This document shows, piece after piece, positions 25,961 to 40,009 of a DNA stretch of 64,000 nucleotides (its first letter is position 1; each line of letters opens with the position of its first letter). This stretch comes from Eledone cirrhosa (taxonomy: Eukaryota). A model generated the notes under the pieces. It made no database searches, was not told the DNA's origin, and saw nothing but the letters and a program-made list of their open reading frames with translations. Both the position numbers and the translations under genes were made by a program. The stretch covers positions 116,436,001 through 116,500,000 of the forward strand of contig OZ024740.1 in NCBI GenBank assembly GCA_964016885.1, read 5' to 3'.

Positions 25961-26372
25961 ACTTTTTTCTTCGTTTTTTTTTAATGCTTTTTTAACTCTC
26001 TTTTATGTGTTTATATTTGTATATATTATATGTGCTTATATTTTCATTCCGTAAGCTACAATGAAATGAAATTCAGTGTTCTCTCAGGAAACAACAATTA
26101 CTTGTGTATACACAATTACTTGTGTATGTACAGATGTGTTTGTGTATGCATATATGTTTGTATGTATACGTTTGCGTGAGCGCATGCAACTGTTGCTTTC
26201 ACCCTTTACCTGATACTCCACTCGTTATGTATGCTCATACTTCAACCCCTATCAATTCACTCTGCATATCTCTTTTACCCACACTGGCCCTAAAATATTT
26301 GTTGTTGTATTGGTAATAGTGTATGAATCATTACACTTTAGTGCAGTATAGTGGTACAATATTGAGTAAAAT

Positions 26373-26850
26373 TTCTTCTTCTTCTTCTTCTTCTTCTTCT
26401 TCTTCTTCTTCTTCTTCTTCTTCTTCTTCTTCTTCTTCTTCTTCTTCTTGAGAGTCGTCAAACACTCTTTCCAGCGGGTCCTGTCAGAAGCAACTGTCTC
26501 CAATCAAGACTAGCCAAGCTGATGGATGCTATCCCACCATGTTGCTTGGGGGTCTATAGTATCGGAGTTGTGATCTCTCAATTTGGAGAAGTAACGGCTC
26601 TACCTGGAGTAGCTCTCTGACCTGCGAGCTACGCACTCTATTGAGTAAGGAGCAGGAACTAGTGGAGGAGGCTAGATGCTACCAGTTAGATATAGTCGGG
26701 GTTTCCTCAACAAAGTTCCATGGCTCTGATACTGTAGATTTGGATGGAAGGAGGAAACTCTACTATTTAGGTGCAGTGCCAGAAAAGACTGCACAGGTGA
26801 GAGTGGGGATACTCACAAGTCTCAGGCTGTCAGAATGTGTTATGGACTGG
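26373..26850. mobile_element. RTE fragments: minus-strand 3' end with (GAA)n tail joined to a plus-strand endonuclease piece
   Basis: KEQELVEEARCYQLDIVGVSST; matches 32580-32720 and 34080-34350. Confidence 0.7.
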
Positions 26851-28830
26851 AAGGGTTTTCTATTGAAGAACTGAAAAAGACCAATTTAAATAAGTTACTC
26901 AGTGGTGACGGTGGTGGTGGTGGTAGTGGTGGTGGTAGCGTGGTGGTAGTGAGGGTGCGTTGGTGGTAGGGGTGGGGGTGCATGTGTGTTAATGTTACGC
27001 TGTAAGTTTATAGGTATAAAATAATAAACATCTATTGATGTGGTGACTCTACCCAGCCACCCCTCATATCTACTATGGATTACCTGGATTACCAAAGGAT
27101 TTCCAAAATTCCTTTTCACCTTCCTTTTCTTTTTCTTTTTCTTCTTTTCCTTTCTATCATTTTTCTTCTTTTTTTAAATATTTTCCCTCTCTTTGTTCTC
27201 TCCCTCGTTTCCATTTTCTTTTCCACACCCATTTTTTACCCTGCACTATTGACCAACCTCCACCCCACCACTATCTCCACTTCGGTGTTCTCAGCACTGC
27301 ATCCCCTCTCCCTAGGCTATCAAAAGTCACCCCTTCCCCTGTCAAATCACACCACACTTGCTATAACTTCATACTTATCTCCCTTCTATCACCCCACACA
27401 CACACAGAGAGCAGAGAAGAGTCTTTCGTTGGGACAAGAACCAACAACCTCTATAGCATTGGTGCCATGAAAATACACCCGATACACCCTGTAAGGTGGT
27501 TGGTAACAGGAAGCACACCCCCCCCTCGACATCGCTGTAGAAACCATGTCTAAAAAAAGATGAGAGGACCTTCCAGTTGTGTCACGACATGACAACCTCT
27601 CTAGTGTTGGTGATGTGCATGATAAACACATCCAGTAAACACTGTATAGTGGTTGGTGACAGGAAGGGCAACCATTTGTAGACAGCTTGCCAAAGGGTTA
27701 GGAGGACCCTCCAGTTGTGTCAAAGACATGACAACTTAACTATGAACTCAGTGAGACCATAGGTAAGAGAGACGCAGATCCCTCTTGGCCAGTCTGGGAG
27801 GCCAGTAGCCCTGCTTCAGTACTGACTTACTCTATATAGACTCGTCCAATCCTTGCTAGTAGGGAAAACAGATATTAAACGATGATGATGATGTTTATCA
27901 TGCGTGTTTTCTTTTTACCTTGAATAAAGTTTCCATGTTTATGTAAAACTTGTTGGAACCCAGATAGAATTCTAATTACCCCTTGATACTCTACACATCC
28001 ATCCTTCAGGTCTACTATGGTTTACCTGGAATACCAAAGAATTCCCTAAATTTCTGGTTCCTTTGAATTGCTTGCATTGCACCAGTCTTCAACAACCTTC
28101 CTTCATTCTTTTTCTTTTTCTCTTTCTTCTTTTCCTTTCTTTTCTTTTTTTTATATTTTGTTGTTTCCCCTCTTGTTTCCCTTTCATTGTCTTTTTTGTC
28201 TTTCCCACTCATTTACTTACCCCCTTTTTTTATCTACCATCTTTCTCTCTCTTTCAAATTTACTTTTTCTTGATGAAGGACTAATTGCTGGTACTAATTG
28301 TCGAAATGTTCTTTTTCCTTTTCTATAAAGCTTGAAACTATTAACACTTTGTGACATTTTTTTTCGTGTTTGTCTTCTTTTTACCTTGAACTGTGTATCA
28401 TCATCATCATCGTCATCATCATCATCATCACCGTTTTACGTCCATTCTTCCATGCTAGCATGGGTTAGATGGGTTGTCCTGTTGTGGGCAATGCCAGGTG
28501 ATCTTATCTTGCTCATACGGGAACTGATTTTGGCTTGATTTCTACAGCTGGATTCCCTTCCTAACATCAACCTCATTTACAGTGAGTGCTGGGTGCTTTT
28601 TCTACCGTGGCACCTACACGGCCACTTTACAGTGTGGGCTGGATGCTTTTTTGTTGTGACACCTCCACGACTACTTTGCAGTGGAAGGGGATGGGGGCAT
28701 ATTGTCTATATGCTTCAGCTTCGGCTTGTAACCGTGGGAAGTCGGGTCTTCTGTATTACTGTATGACGCCAGAGGTCACGGTCCTGTGTCATCACCTTTG
28801 AGAGATGCAATTGGGCATGGTCAGATTTTG

Positions 28831-28906
<76 letters not shown>

Positions 28907-29260
28907 CATCATAGTCGTTTTAAAATCTGCTTTCTTTGTTAGCAAGGGTTGGATGGGTCCACATAGACCAGTCAGTACTGAAGTGGAGCCAGGCAGGCCA
29001 GGGACCTGTGCATTTATGTACAGTCTCACGTTTCATCAAGTGCTGAAGAGAGATTATCATGCCCTTGAGACGACAGGAGGGTTCTCCCAACCCTTTGTTT
29101 GACAAGTCTTCTAAGGCTTGATACCCTTCCTATCACCAACAACTTTACAGCATGTACTGGGTGCATTTATTGTATAAATCACCAAAACTAGGGAGGTTGC
29201 ATGGCTGAAGGGCCCTCCTGACCCTTTGTTTGTTTGTTTGACAAGCTCTCCATGGCTATG

Positions 29261-29301
<41 letters not shown>

Positions 29302-29308
<7 letters not shown>

Positions 29309-29444
29309 GAAGAAATTGAAGAAAGAGAAGCAGACCGTTAAAATATATGTATAAGGAGCTCTTCCACGGGCGTAACATGTGTAAGACCTCCTTATAAATA
29401 TATTTTAACGGTCTGCTTCTCTTTCTTCAATTTCTTCGATTATA
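29302..29444. repeat. Inverted repeat, ~57-bp arms, next to (TA)n
   Basis: 29302-29358 is the reverse complement of 29388-29444. Confidence 0.9.
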
Positions 29445-29648
29445 ATTGCTCTGCTTAAATTCACACACTAAATATCAACGCTTCTAATATTTAACCCTGT
29501 CTGCACAAGCATCGTGCACTAAAGCATCTGCTTATGGCAATTAATTATCTGTATCATCTTCTATAACGCTTCCTCAATCTATTCTCTCTCACGATACTGT
29601 AATATTTTATTATATATATATATATATACATATATATACACACACATA

Positions 29649-29838
29649 TATATTCATTTTATTAGGCTGATTAGTGAGTCTTGTTACTCTGGAGTTTCGC
29701 CTATTTAACACAGTCATCAGCTGTACTGGATCAAAACTCCAGAGTATAACAAGACTCAATATTTAGCCTTAATAAAATGAATATTAAAACTCTACTTCGG
29801 TATTGAGTACTCCTTTCTCTCAGCCGTCAACCACATAC
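29649..29838. mobile_element. Foldback element with a decayed minus-strand hammerhead in its loop (Penelope-like terminal remnant)
   Basis: Arms 29649-29698 / 29734-29784; minus strand reads CTGATGA CTGTGTTAAATAGGC GAAA CTCCAGAG TA; same family at 62330-62495. Confidence 0.6.
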
Positions 29839-29950
29839 GGATATATATAATGGTTGGCTGAATATACATGTGTTTTTTTTCCCTAAATTTTCCCCGTTCC
29901 TTCCTCTTCTCACTCTTTTCTTTCTATTTATCTTCTATTTCTAACTCTAT

Positions 29951-29984
29951 CTTCTGATGAAAGACTAGTGTCTGAGACGTTAAG
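29951..29984 (+). ncRNA. Decayed minimal hammerhead (GAAA mutated to GAGA)
   Basis: CTT CTGATGA A AGAC-TAGT-GTCT GAGA CG TT AAG; stem I CTT/AAG; palindromic ACGT stem III. Confidence 0.5.
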
Positions 29985-30433
29985 TCTCTCTTCCTGTTAT
30001 TTCAAGTGTTAAACTAATATATTTCTTCAATGTATTTTGTTTACTTTGTTATTTCTGTTTACCTTTTACATACCTATATAAATATACATATACATAAGTC
30101 AGTTCCCGTATGAGCAAGACAAGGTCACCTGACCTAACATTGCCCACGACAGGACAACCTGTCTAACCCATGCTAGCGTGGAAGAATGGACTTAAAATGG
30201 TGATGATGATGATGATGATGAAGTACCGCGCAGCCCCCCCCCCTGACCTCCGCAGCCTGTCTCAGCACTTGTTAGAGTGTTAGAACACAAGCAAGATGCA
30301 AACACTCAGTCCATCTGAGAGGTTAGTAACTCCACAACAAGAGTACTGACATGATTTTTGGTAACTTGTCTAATCCTTGTCAGCAGGGAAAAATGGACGT
30401 TAAATTATGATGTTAATGATGTGTATGTGCTAA

Positions 30434-30662
30434 TTAACCCTTTAGCATTTAAACTAGCCGTATCTGGCCAGAAATCTCTCACCTCTTTCTGTTCAAACCG
30501 TCCATAACTGGCCATTCATACTGATATTAAGGCATTGTTCTCAAAATAAACAACATCAAAATCTCATAGATTCAATATTATGTGAGATAATTATGTAAGG
30601 TAAAGCCTTTACCACAAAAATACAATAGTATATATAGTGTAATGTAAATACTAAAGGGTTAA
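30434..30662 (+). mobile_element. TTAA-flanked MITE (piggyBac-like termini)
   Basis: TTAA-CCCTTTAGCATTT...AAATACTAAAGGG-TTAA; 5 copies in the window. Confidence 0.85.
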
Positions 30663-31119
30663 AATACATAGCTCAACTTTATGTATGCTTAAATTACCTT
30701 CAGCTAAAGCCAAACTTGAGTAGCACTGAGTCGATTTTTTTTTGTTATATGTGTGTGCATGTATGTTTGCATACATGCATGGGTGTATATGTGTGTGTGA
30801 AAGAAAAATAGAGAAAACAAGTTTCAATGAAAAAAACACTCAAAATAATAAATACCCTTTATTTCATGACTCTTGATGTTTTTTATTTATTTATTAGCTT
30901 TATTGCTGTTCTATGTTTTTACTGTTTAGTTTTCAGATCTCCCAAGGCAGGTGGGAGTGAGGGAGGAAGGTATCCTAACCACACAGACTTGGCCTGAATG
31001 ATTACAACAGAGTGGACATGGTTAAGGCATGTAAAGACAAAATGGTGGGGATGGTAAAACTGGTGTCAGTTATTTGCATGTATATATATCTATATGTGTG
31101 TCTGTATGTGAGCATTTTT

Positions 31120-31186
<67 letters not shown>

Positions 31187-32239
31187 AAACCATGCCAAAA
31201 TTGAATGTATTTGAGTGAAATGATGATGATTATGATGATGACGATGTTGATGATAATGATGATGATGATGAGGATGATGATGAGGATGATGACAATGATG
31301 ATGACGGTGATAATCATGATCATGATAATGGGGATGATGTGTGTGTGTGAGGGGAGAATTTATCAAAGAGACAGTTTTCAAGAGAAAACCTCAGAACAGT
31401 AAAAGATAGTTGAAAGGAATGTGATAATAGTAAAAACTTGGAAAAGAAGATTAGTAAAGAAACTACAGGATCAGATTTAGCTTCAAGCTGATGTTGTTGG
31501 GGATTAACGCAGCAATAGGTTTCTTGTAAGCTTTTCAAGAGGATTATCATGATATATTCACCTGATAGGATTTAAAGAAATATTTCTTACTATTGAAGTT
31601 TATAAAAAGATATACATACACATCCCTACCAAAACACATATACAAATATTTTCATCATTGTTTTTATATCCACTTTTCTATCCATGCTGGCATAGAATAG
31701 ACAAGCCTTTTGTTTTGTTTATTTGTGGCAATATTCTATGATTGGATACCCTTTCTGTTGTCAACACTTACATGTTCCACTGAACTTCATATGCCAGTGC
31801 TGAGCTACAGGAAATATGCTGTATGTGGGACATAAATTGCACCAGTTGCTAAGTAGTGTCAGTGTAAAAACATACATAGACAAAGACCCAAACATATCAT
31901 CATCAGCATCATCAACATTTTATGTTTGTTTTTCAAAGCTTGCATGGGTTGAATGGGTTGTCTTGGTCCAAGACCAGATGAATTGGAACAAGCAATTTTG
32001 TTCATTACTTTCCATATGGTTTCTATAGCTGGATGCCCTTCCTAATACTTTACAGCAAGTACTAGGAGTATTGTTTCTATGGCTGGGTGCCCTTCCTAGT
32101 AGCAACCACCTTACAGGGTGTGATATCTGAATGGGTGTGTTTTTCATGACACCAACACTACTACTTTACAGAGTGGTACCAACAGTAATACTTTACAAAG
32201 TGTACTGGGTGAATTTTATTGTGGCATATATATATATAG

Positions 32240-34460
32240 ATAGATTTCTGTTTATCCCATTTCATTCTTTATGGGTCTGAGAAAAGTACCAAATTGGTGA
32301 CTTGCTTGAATGAGACCACCAAAACAATGCAATATGGCCAGAAACAATAAAGGCAGTCATACTGCATAGTCTTTCACACAGGATAACAAGAGATACATTT
32401 AAGCCTTAGGTTGATGTGCCCATTCAAAAGGATTTTGCAATCTCCATTAAATGCAGCAATTGGCCAGTAACTTTCCCTGGGAGGCAGGGAATGAGAGCAA
32501 AAAAGTTGTATATCCCAAGACCCTAAAGAGAGTCCCAAAGGACTTTAAAATTGGTAACTGGAACATAACAACCTTTACAGGCAAGGAATAGGAACTAGTC
32601 GAGGAGTCCAGATGCTACTGGCAAGATGTAGTTAGGCGCAGTGAAAGAAAAGACTGCACAGGTGAGAGTGGGGATACTCACAAGTCTCAGATTGTCAGAA
32701 TGTGTTATGGACTGGATCCTACTGGGAGGGAGGATTTGCTTCTTGAAGCTTATCTTGAAAGAAAGGTCTCTGTGGGTGGTGCAAGTTTATGTGCCAAACA
32801 TAGAGCACGAACATAGATCCTTCCTTGATTAAGTCACTGCAGCATTAGATGTATTTAAGACTGAGTCATATATCCTGATGGGAAAATTCAATGCACATGT
32901 TGGCATTGACTACCTGACATGGAAAGGAGTGACTTGAAGGAATAGTGACCTCGATCTAAATATTAATGGAGAGGCCTTATTATACTTCTGTCCTAGCAAT
33001 GGTCTCTCTATGAACACCTTCTGGGAAGTGCTCGCAGTTAAAGAAGTTAGGACAAGCTATATGGATACTATTGCATTCACACTCAGTGAACTCCCTGAGT
33101 AAACTGAGGATGTTGGTGCAATTATAGAAGGACCTCTTTGTTAAGCCTCTCTGATAAAGTCTATGCTAAGTGGCTGGCAAAGGGATGCAGGGATTTTGTT
33201 GAGTTCAAGCTAGCAGACGAACAGTGTGGTTTTCACCCCAGATGCAGCACAGAGACCAAATATTCACACTGTAGCAGGTCTTTAAGAAATTGTGGGAGTA
33301 TCACCAAGAGGCTTATTCTTGTTTCATAGACCCCGAAAAGGCATATTACTGCATTCCACAGGACCTGTTGTGGAAGGTTATGTAGGAGAATGGGATCAAT
33401 GGACAGCTTCTTGTTGCCCTGATGTCTGTATTTGTGTTTGAATAAATTGTGCTAAATCAAAATCATTCGATGTAGATGTCAGACTCCGCCAAGGGCACAT
33501 ACTATCACTTCTCTTGTTCATAATCTTCATGGACAGGATTAACATACATAGCCAGGCTGGAAGTGATGTCACGACTGGTAGGTGTACAATCAGTTGGTTG
33601 GAATTTGCAGACGACATGGTATTACTTAACTTGTCAGAAGGTGATCTCCGACATACACATGGTAGGTTTGTTGCTGAGTGCTGCAAAGACTGAGATACTC
33701 ATCCTCTCAAGGATGCCTGTGTAGTTCACTCTAAATGTGAGTGGGTTCCATTGAATCAGGTGGAGAAGTTCAAGTATCTCAGGCCATGTTCATGAGTGAT
33801 GGAAGCCAGGATGCTGAATTAAATGCCAGAATTGCAGGAGCTGGTGCAGTAATGTGCCAGCTTCAGCATATGATAATCAAAAGAAGAGAGGTAGGTGTAA
33901 GAGCCAAACTTGCTATCTTCAATTTGGTATTTGTGCCTACCCTTATAAATAGTCATGAATCTTGGGTAATGATCAAAAGAATATGATTGTAAATACAAGC
34001 AACGAAAATGGGGTTCCCTCAAAGGGTTTTGAAGTAACATTACTCAGTAGAGTATATAGCTTGGAGATCATAGAGTTACTCCAGGTAGAGGTGCTACTTC
34101 TTCAAATTGAGAGACCACAGCTCCGATATTCTGGACATGTGATTAGAATGTCTCAGGAAATAATTGCTGGACAGATATTATGGACAAAACTAGCTGGCAG
34201 GAGACCCAGGGGTAGGCCCTGAACAAGATGGATAACATCTATGAGTTTGACTGGTCTCACTTGGGATCCAGCCGAATCAATTGGAGAGAGTTGCTGGAAG
34301 GCATGCTCAAAGAACCTGCCCCATGATCCTCCCAGGAATAGTGGGTGGAGAAGAAGAAGAAGAAGAAGAAGAAGGGATGGGAGAGGGGGAGGTGAAGAAG
34401 GTGGGGAGGGGGACAGGGGGTGAAGAAGAAGAAGAAGAAGAAGAAGAAGAAGAAGAAGAA
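32240..34460 (+). pseudogene. Decayed, internally deleted RTE-clade LINE (APE endonuclease plus reverse transcriptase)
   Basis: IGNWNI, VQVYVPN, ADEQCGF, LRQG, FADDMVLL, GHVIRM, GRRPRGRP; many stops and frameshifts; (GAA)n tail. Confidence 0.9.
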
Positions 34461-36694
34461 GACATTGGTTAGGTTGAGACTACTGTGCACTAATTTTAAA
34501 CCCAGAGCTGTATGGTTGTGAAGTGAACTTCTTAAGTGTGCAGTCATGCCTGATAGGAAGAGTCAGCTATCTTCCTCTTTATATTTCTTTCCTTATCTAA
34601 GTAAGCATCATAAAAGAGCTATCATTTTGTACAATCAGCTATAAGCTTTCACTTGTCATTTATCATTAATTTGTACAAACAGGTTTTATGTTTAGTAATT
34701 TATATTGGAGTTTGGTGTGCAAAGAGTTCAAAAATTACATTAATTATTGAATAGATATCAGGAATATAGAAGTAATAATCCTAAAGAATATTCTGTAATC
34801 TGCATCATCTTTCTCTCAAGACTTATTGCAACTGCCACCATCACCTCCATACAAACACCTTCAAAGAACATATCTTTTCCTTCTTGAAATTCCTATCCTT
34901 TCCTAGCCTTTCACTAAAATGAATCACTAGAACTCCAAGATATTAGCAGTGCTTTGCTTCAGTTTAACCATACATGTATGCTCCCTCTCTGTTCCTCAGG
35001 CTACCTTCAAACAATGTGACAAAGCTTGCTTTAGAGCAAGACAACCTTTATGACGTTGTTGGAGCCTCCAAGCTTCATATAGTTTTTTAGGGCATCACCA
35101 AATTTTAATTTGCCCTTGTATACCTATTTTGCATTTAGCCTTCCCTGAAGTTGATGTCTAACTGATTTCACTCCAATTAGATGAAGACAGTGTATTAGTA
35201 GTGTTGCTATCATGTAGGACAAAATACCTTGTAGGACAAAATACCTTGTGGTATTTGTTCTGGCTCTCAGTGCCGTGAGTTCAAAATTCTCCAAATCAAC
35301 TTTGCCTTTCATCTTTTTAGGGTTGATAAAATTAAGTACCAGATTAACGTGGTGGGTTGGCAGAATTTTTAGAGCAATGGACAAGATAACCTTGCAGTTT
35401 TTGTGTTCTAAGTTCAGATCCTACTTAAGGTGATAGATTTAATTTGTCATCCAAACACAACCATCTTTTTCTTTGGTGCCTTTATAGGAGTTTATTCTTT
35501 TGCAAGCATTTGAGCCAGACCTCTCCTCTCCCACCATTCTTGGAGGCAGTAAAAAGGGTATGGGGCATTGCTCTTCCTTCTCTGACAAAAAGACCTCCTA
35601 ATATTATATTTTTATTTTAAAAATACCCTGGAAATATCTATGGTTTACTACTGATGGCTTCAATATGCTGTGTGGAAATGTATGGATCAGTGGTGAGGGT
35701 GTTTAGCTCATGACATTTTATTTCATGTTGCCTGAATCCACTCTACTGGAAAAAACATGATATATACCTGTAATTCAAAGATCCAGACTTGTCACACAAT
35801 ATGTCATGTTAAATCTCTTTGAGAATTATGTTAAGGGTTCACGTGTTTGTGTAATTTTCAGTTAATTTTCATGAAAATAAGGGTAGAGAGAATACTTTAG
35901 TTGTGTAAAAGACATGACAGCCTCCCTAATGCTGGTGCCATAATAAAATGCACTTGGTAGAGTTTGGGAAAGTATGTAAGCATAACCTGAGCACTTAGTA
36001 GAAGTGAAATGCAGGGTCCCCAGTTCATCTGGAAAGTCAGTAGCTCTGCTTGAGTACTGATTCGGTCCTTGATGATTCTTGCTAGCAGGGAAAATTGACG
36101 ATAAATGATGATGATGATGAATTGTATATATACATGTATGGGTCACAATAAAATGCACCAAGTCCACTCTGTAAGGTAGTAGTGCTGGTACCATGATAAA
36201 AAGCACCCAGTGCATCCTGTTGACATCACAATAAAATACTCATCGGACCAAAGTTCATCTTCGTTTAATTAGTGTTATGTGACTGAGAGTACACTACTCA
36301 ATTCCTCCTGGACAGGACATCAGTCAATCACAGTGTTAAACCCCAGTAGCGGCTGGATCTCATCGTCTGCTAAGTAGACTGGTGCAAAGTGAAATGGAGT
36401 GTTTTGCTCAAGAACAAAATGTACCGCTGGCCCAGGAACTGAACCCATGAAATTATAATCATAAGACCAACACCCAAACCACTACACCAGCAACTCAAAG
36501 GTCAGAAGTTCTGTGCTTTAGTACATGTGACAACTCCTAACTAGTAGCATGCATGTGTGCTGCCAGCTGAACACTACAACTCTTTCTGCTGGATTTAAAC
36601 TCAGAATGTAAATGGCAGTAAGTAATCACTTCAAAGCATTTTGACTGAAGCTCACCACACCTGACTTGAGGTTTTAATTTAATGAAACAACAAA

Positions 36695-37080
36695 GGGTCT
36701 CTCCCTATGAATGAAAGGTCAGCTGTATGATGCCTGTGTGCGAAGTGTGATGTTGCATGGTAGTGAGACATGGACAGTGAATGCAGAAGATATGACTAGA
36801 GAGAAATGAAACAAGCATGCTTTGTTGGATGTGCAATATTGATGTGCATGATTGACAACGCACAGATGAACTGAAAGAGAAACTTGGAATAAGAATAATC
36901 AGATGTGTGCAAAAGAGAAGACTGCACTGGTATAGACATGTGATGTGCATAGATGATGATTGCTGAGTGAAAAAGAGCCAAGAAATCCCAGTGGTAGGAA
37001 ACCAGAGTAGAAGAAGACCAAGGAAGATCTGGGCAGAGGTGGTGAGAGCTCATTTCAAATTGCTGAAGCTCAGAGAAGAT
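36695..37080 (+). mobile_element. RTE-type LINE 3' fragment (second family)
   Basis: KGQLYDACVRSVMLHGSETWTVN...RLHWYRHVM; related minus-strand piece at ~61360-61660. Confidence 0.75.
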
Positions 37081-37719
37081 GGGGAAAGAATGCATATTAT
37101 TTAAGGCAGCAAAAAAGAAAAAAAATATTAATTTAGGGCCCTTGGCTGCAGCCTAGTCAGCCACCCTCTTTTATCTGTCTCTGGCTTCAGTCATGACCAT
37201 CCATCATTGATTACTTATGACTACATTATCCAATATGTCTGAACCTATTCAAAACAGTTACAATCCTCAGTAAAGTCTTGTGTACCAATCTTATTTGTGA
37301 ATGAAAAATCCTGTATGTCTCTGAATACAGTGGCATAAACAACCAACAAAATTAAAATTCTATTCATCTATAGGCCCTTGACTCCTGATTGAATAGTAGG
37401 GGCACCGTCGTATCTTGGAAATTTAAACTTAGCAGAACCCATCCCTCCCCAGCCAATTTCTTCCAGAGAGAGAAGGGAGAGAGAGAGATAGATAGAGATA
37501 GATAGATAGAGAGAGAGAATTACACTACAATACACGCAACCTAAATGCATTTATATAGTGACAAGTCAGTAAGGTAACAAGAGAATTGGAAATAGTAGAC
37601 AATTTCTGCTAAAACAGTGCATAAAAATGTTATAGATAGATTGTCATTTTGATGTCAAGCTGTATGATAGTGTCACACAGTACTGTCTGCATCCCCTTAA
37701 ACACTACTGTACAAACATA

Positions 37720-39157
37720 CACACTTTCAATTCCATTAGTCGAGATGTCATCCTCTGTTCAGTAAAGGAGAGGGTCATCAGTTTTGCTTGGCAAGCCTAT
37801 TGGGAGCCCTCCTACTTCTCCTTTGCTGACCATTTCCTCCTATCTGTCACAGTAGTCCAACAGGGTGACCTGCCTGGACCTGCTCTTTTCGCACTGAGCA
37901 TTGATGACATCACCAAGATGGGAGTTGACCTGGATTTGAATGTCTGGTATCTGGATGATGTTTGTTTGGGGTAGGGGTTCCTCCAGACAAGGTCCTTGCA
38001 ACCTCAAAGACGATGATTGAGGAACTGGGTCGTGGGGGCTTTCATGTCAACAGTTCCAAATGCAAGCTCTGGCCTCTCAACCCCCTCCCCCAGCTTCATA
38101 TCAGCAGGCTGTTGACCTGTTCAGAGAGTCCTCCTCCATCATTGGTCCTCCTTCATTAGCATGGTGCTCCCTTGGAGCTCCAATTACTAACCAATCCTTT
38201 GAGTCCACGTTTCAGTTTAACCTCAAACAACTTTTAAAAAACCTCAAAGCCATTGAGCCTCACCAAGGTTTTTTTTATACCTAGGAATTATTTGTCAATT
38301 CCTAAGTTGTATTTCCTCAGAGTTAGGCCCTCCTACAAGTTCTTGTCATCTCTCCAACACTCTGACGACTTAATATTCAGTGAGTTTGAGGGTGTGGTAA
38401 ATGTCTGACTCTCTCCAGAATCACATGACCAGGCTGCCTTACCCAAAAGGTTTGGAGGTCTTGGTCTGCATAAATGTTCGTCTTTGTCTCTACCTTGCTT
38501 TGTTTCCTCCATCCATGCTTGCTCCCCTTTGGTGGGTGACATCTCCTTTCCAACATGGACTAGTTCCTCCAAGGAGATAGATGAAGCTTTACTACACTGG
38601 AGAGAGTTGGGTTTGTCAGTTCCCGATAATGATGAGGATGGATGGAAGCAGAGAATATGGGACAATCTGTGTTCGAGTGAAATATTTAACTCTCTCTTTG
38701 ATCATTCTGAAAATCTGGAAATACCAGGATTTATCGAACAATTATTTTTTCCCAGGCTGTGACGTCTGAGATATTCGGTGGAATTGGGCCGCCAACAGCG
38801 ACGTTCTTGTCATTGTTGGCGGCCCGCCTTACTGAGGTGTCAAGCAATGTCCGTGAGGGTGCCTGGTTGTTTCAGCATCTTGGTCTCGCCATTACCTATG
38901 GTAATACTGCGTTGAGCCTTCTGATGTGCGACCAATTGTCGCACTTGGTGCTGAATTGATGGTCGTTGTAGCACCCCCTTATTTTTTCTTTCGCTCTGGT
39001 CATACATTTTGGTGCGTTGTATTTATGAGGTTCCTAGCAATAGTTAATTCACTACAAAGTGCGACAATCGGCCGCACATCACATCATAAGGGTTAACTAA
39101 ACACTTTAAAGCGAGCCAATACGCTCGCAGTATTGCCACGGGCGATGGCGAGGCTAG
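37720..39157 (+). pseudogene. Decayed CRE-like retrotransposon (RT plus RLE tail), with an inverted 3' piece at 39050-39157
   Basis: FNSISR, VQQGDLPGPALFALSI, VWYLDD, FGGLG, SEIFGGIGP...REGAWLFQHLGLAITYGN; homologous to 25720-25950. Confidence 0.85.
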
Positions 39158-39665
39158 TTAATTGTATTTGTTGTATACTCTTTTACTCTTTTACCTGTTT
39201 CAGCCATCCGGCTGAGGCCATGCTGGGGCACCGCCCTTGTATGTTTATATTTTCATTCTAAAAGAATTGTGAGCAATTTGGAATATTATTTATGTACATT
39301 TAAATCATACATATGTGTGTATACACATTTAAATCAAATAAATTATTTGGCAACTCACATAACAATGTGAAGCGCGAGGCTATTAACAACAACTAAAGAT
39401 ACATTAATTTTTTCCTTTTTTTATTTCGAATTTTTTTAAAAACTACTTTATAAAATCAGTTTTCCTGTTCAACCCATTTTTCGACCTCAAAACAAACCTT
39501 ACTTTCCTGTCCGTTATCTAATTCCGATACTACACACAGACAGACATATATATATAATGTTGATAAGTATGTTTTGATTCTCCTTCACGATTTTCTGTTT
39601 ATATATATATATATTGTTATACTTTGGGGGGGTCATGTTGCCAGAAACAATATATATATATATAT

Positions 39666-39720
39666 AAGTGGTTACAGAACAATTGTTTCACCTTAGCAGA
39701 TCCTCACCTCGGAATGGTTC
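39666..39720 (-). mobile_element. Decayed copy of the 48.4-kb hammerhead family
   Basis: Minus strand reads CCGAG GTGAGGA TCTGCTAAGGT GAAA CAATTG TT CT GTAACCACTT. Confidence 0.6.
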
Positions 39721-40009
39721 TTTTTAAGCGTTGGACTTTGCTACCACTTACTTTTTAAGCGTTATATATATATATAATCTTAAAATATATCATTCGTAAA
39801 CATAAATAGATAAAAATAAATCCAAAGTGCTTAAATTCCTATTTGTTTGTTTTTCTCGTCACATTAAAATTTGTTGTACGATATTTATTAATCCAATACG
39901 GTAACCTTCATAGTTAGTATTTCCTGAGATGAAAATCATCCTCTTTAAAAGTACAAAACGCCAAAATCTAGATAACAGTAAGGCAACAGAGGAAGGATTA
40001 TTTAAAAAG

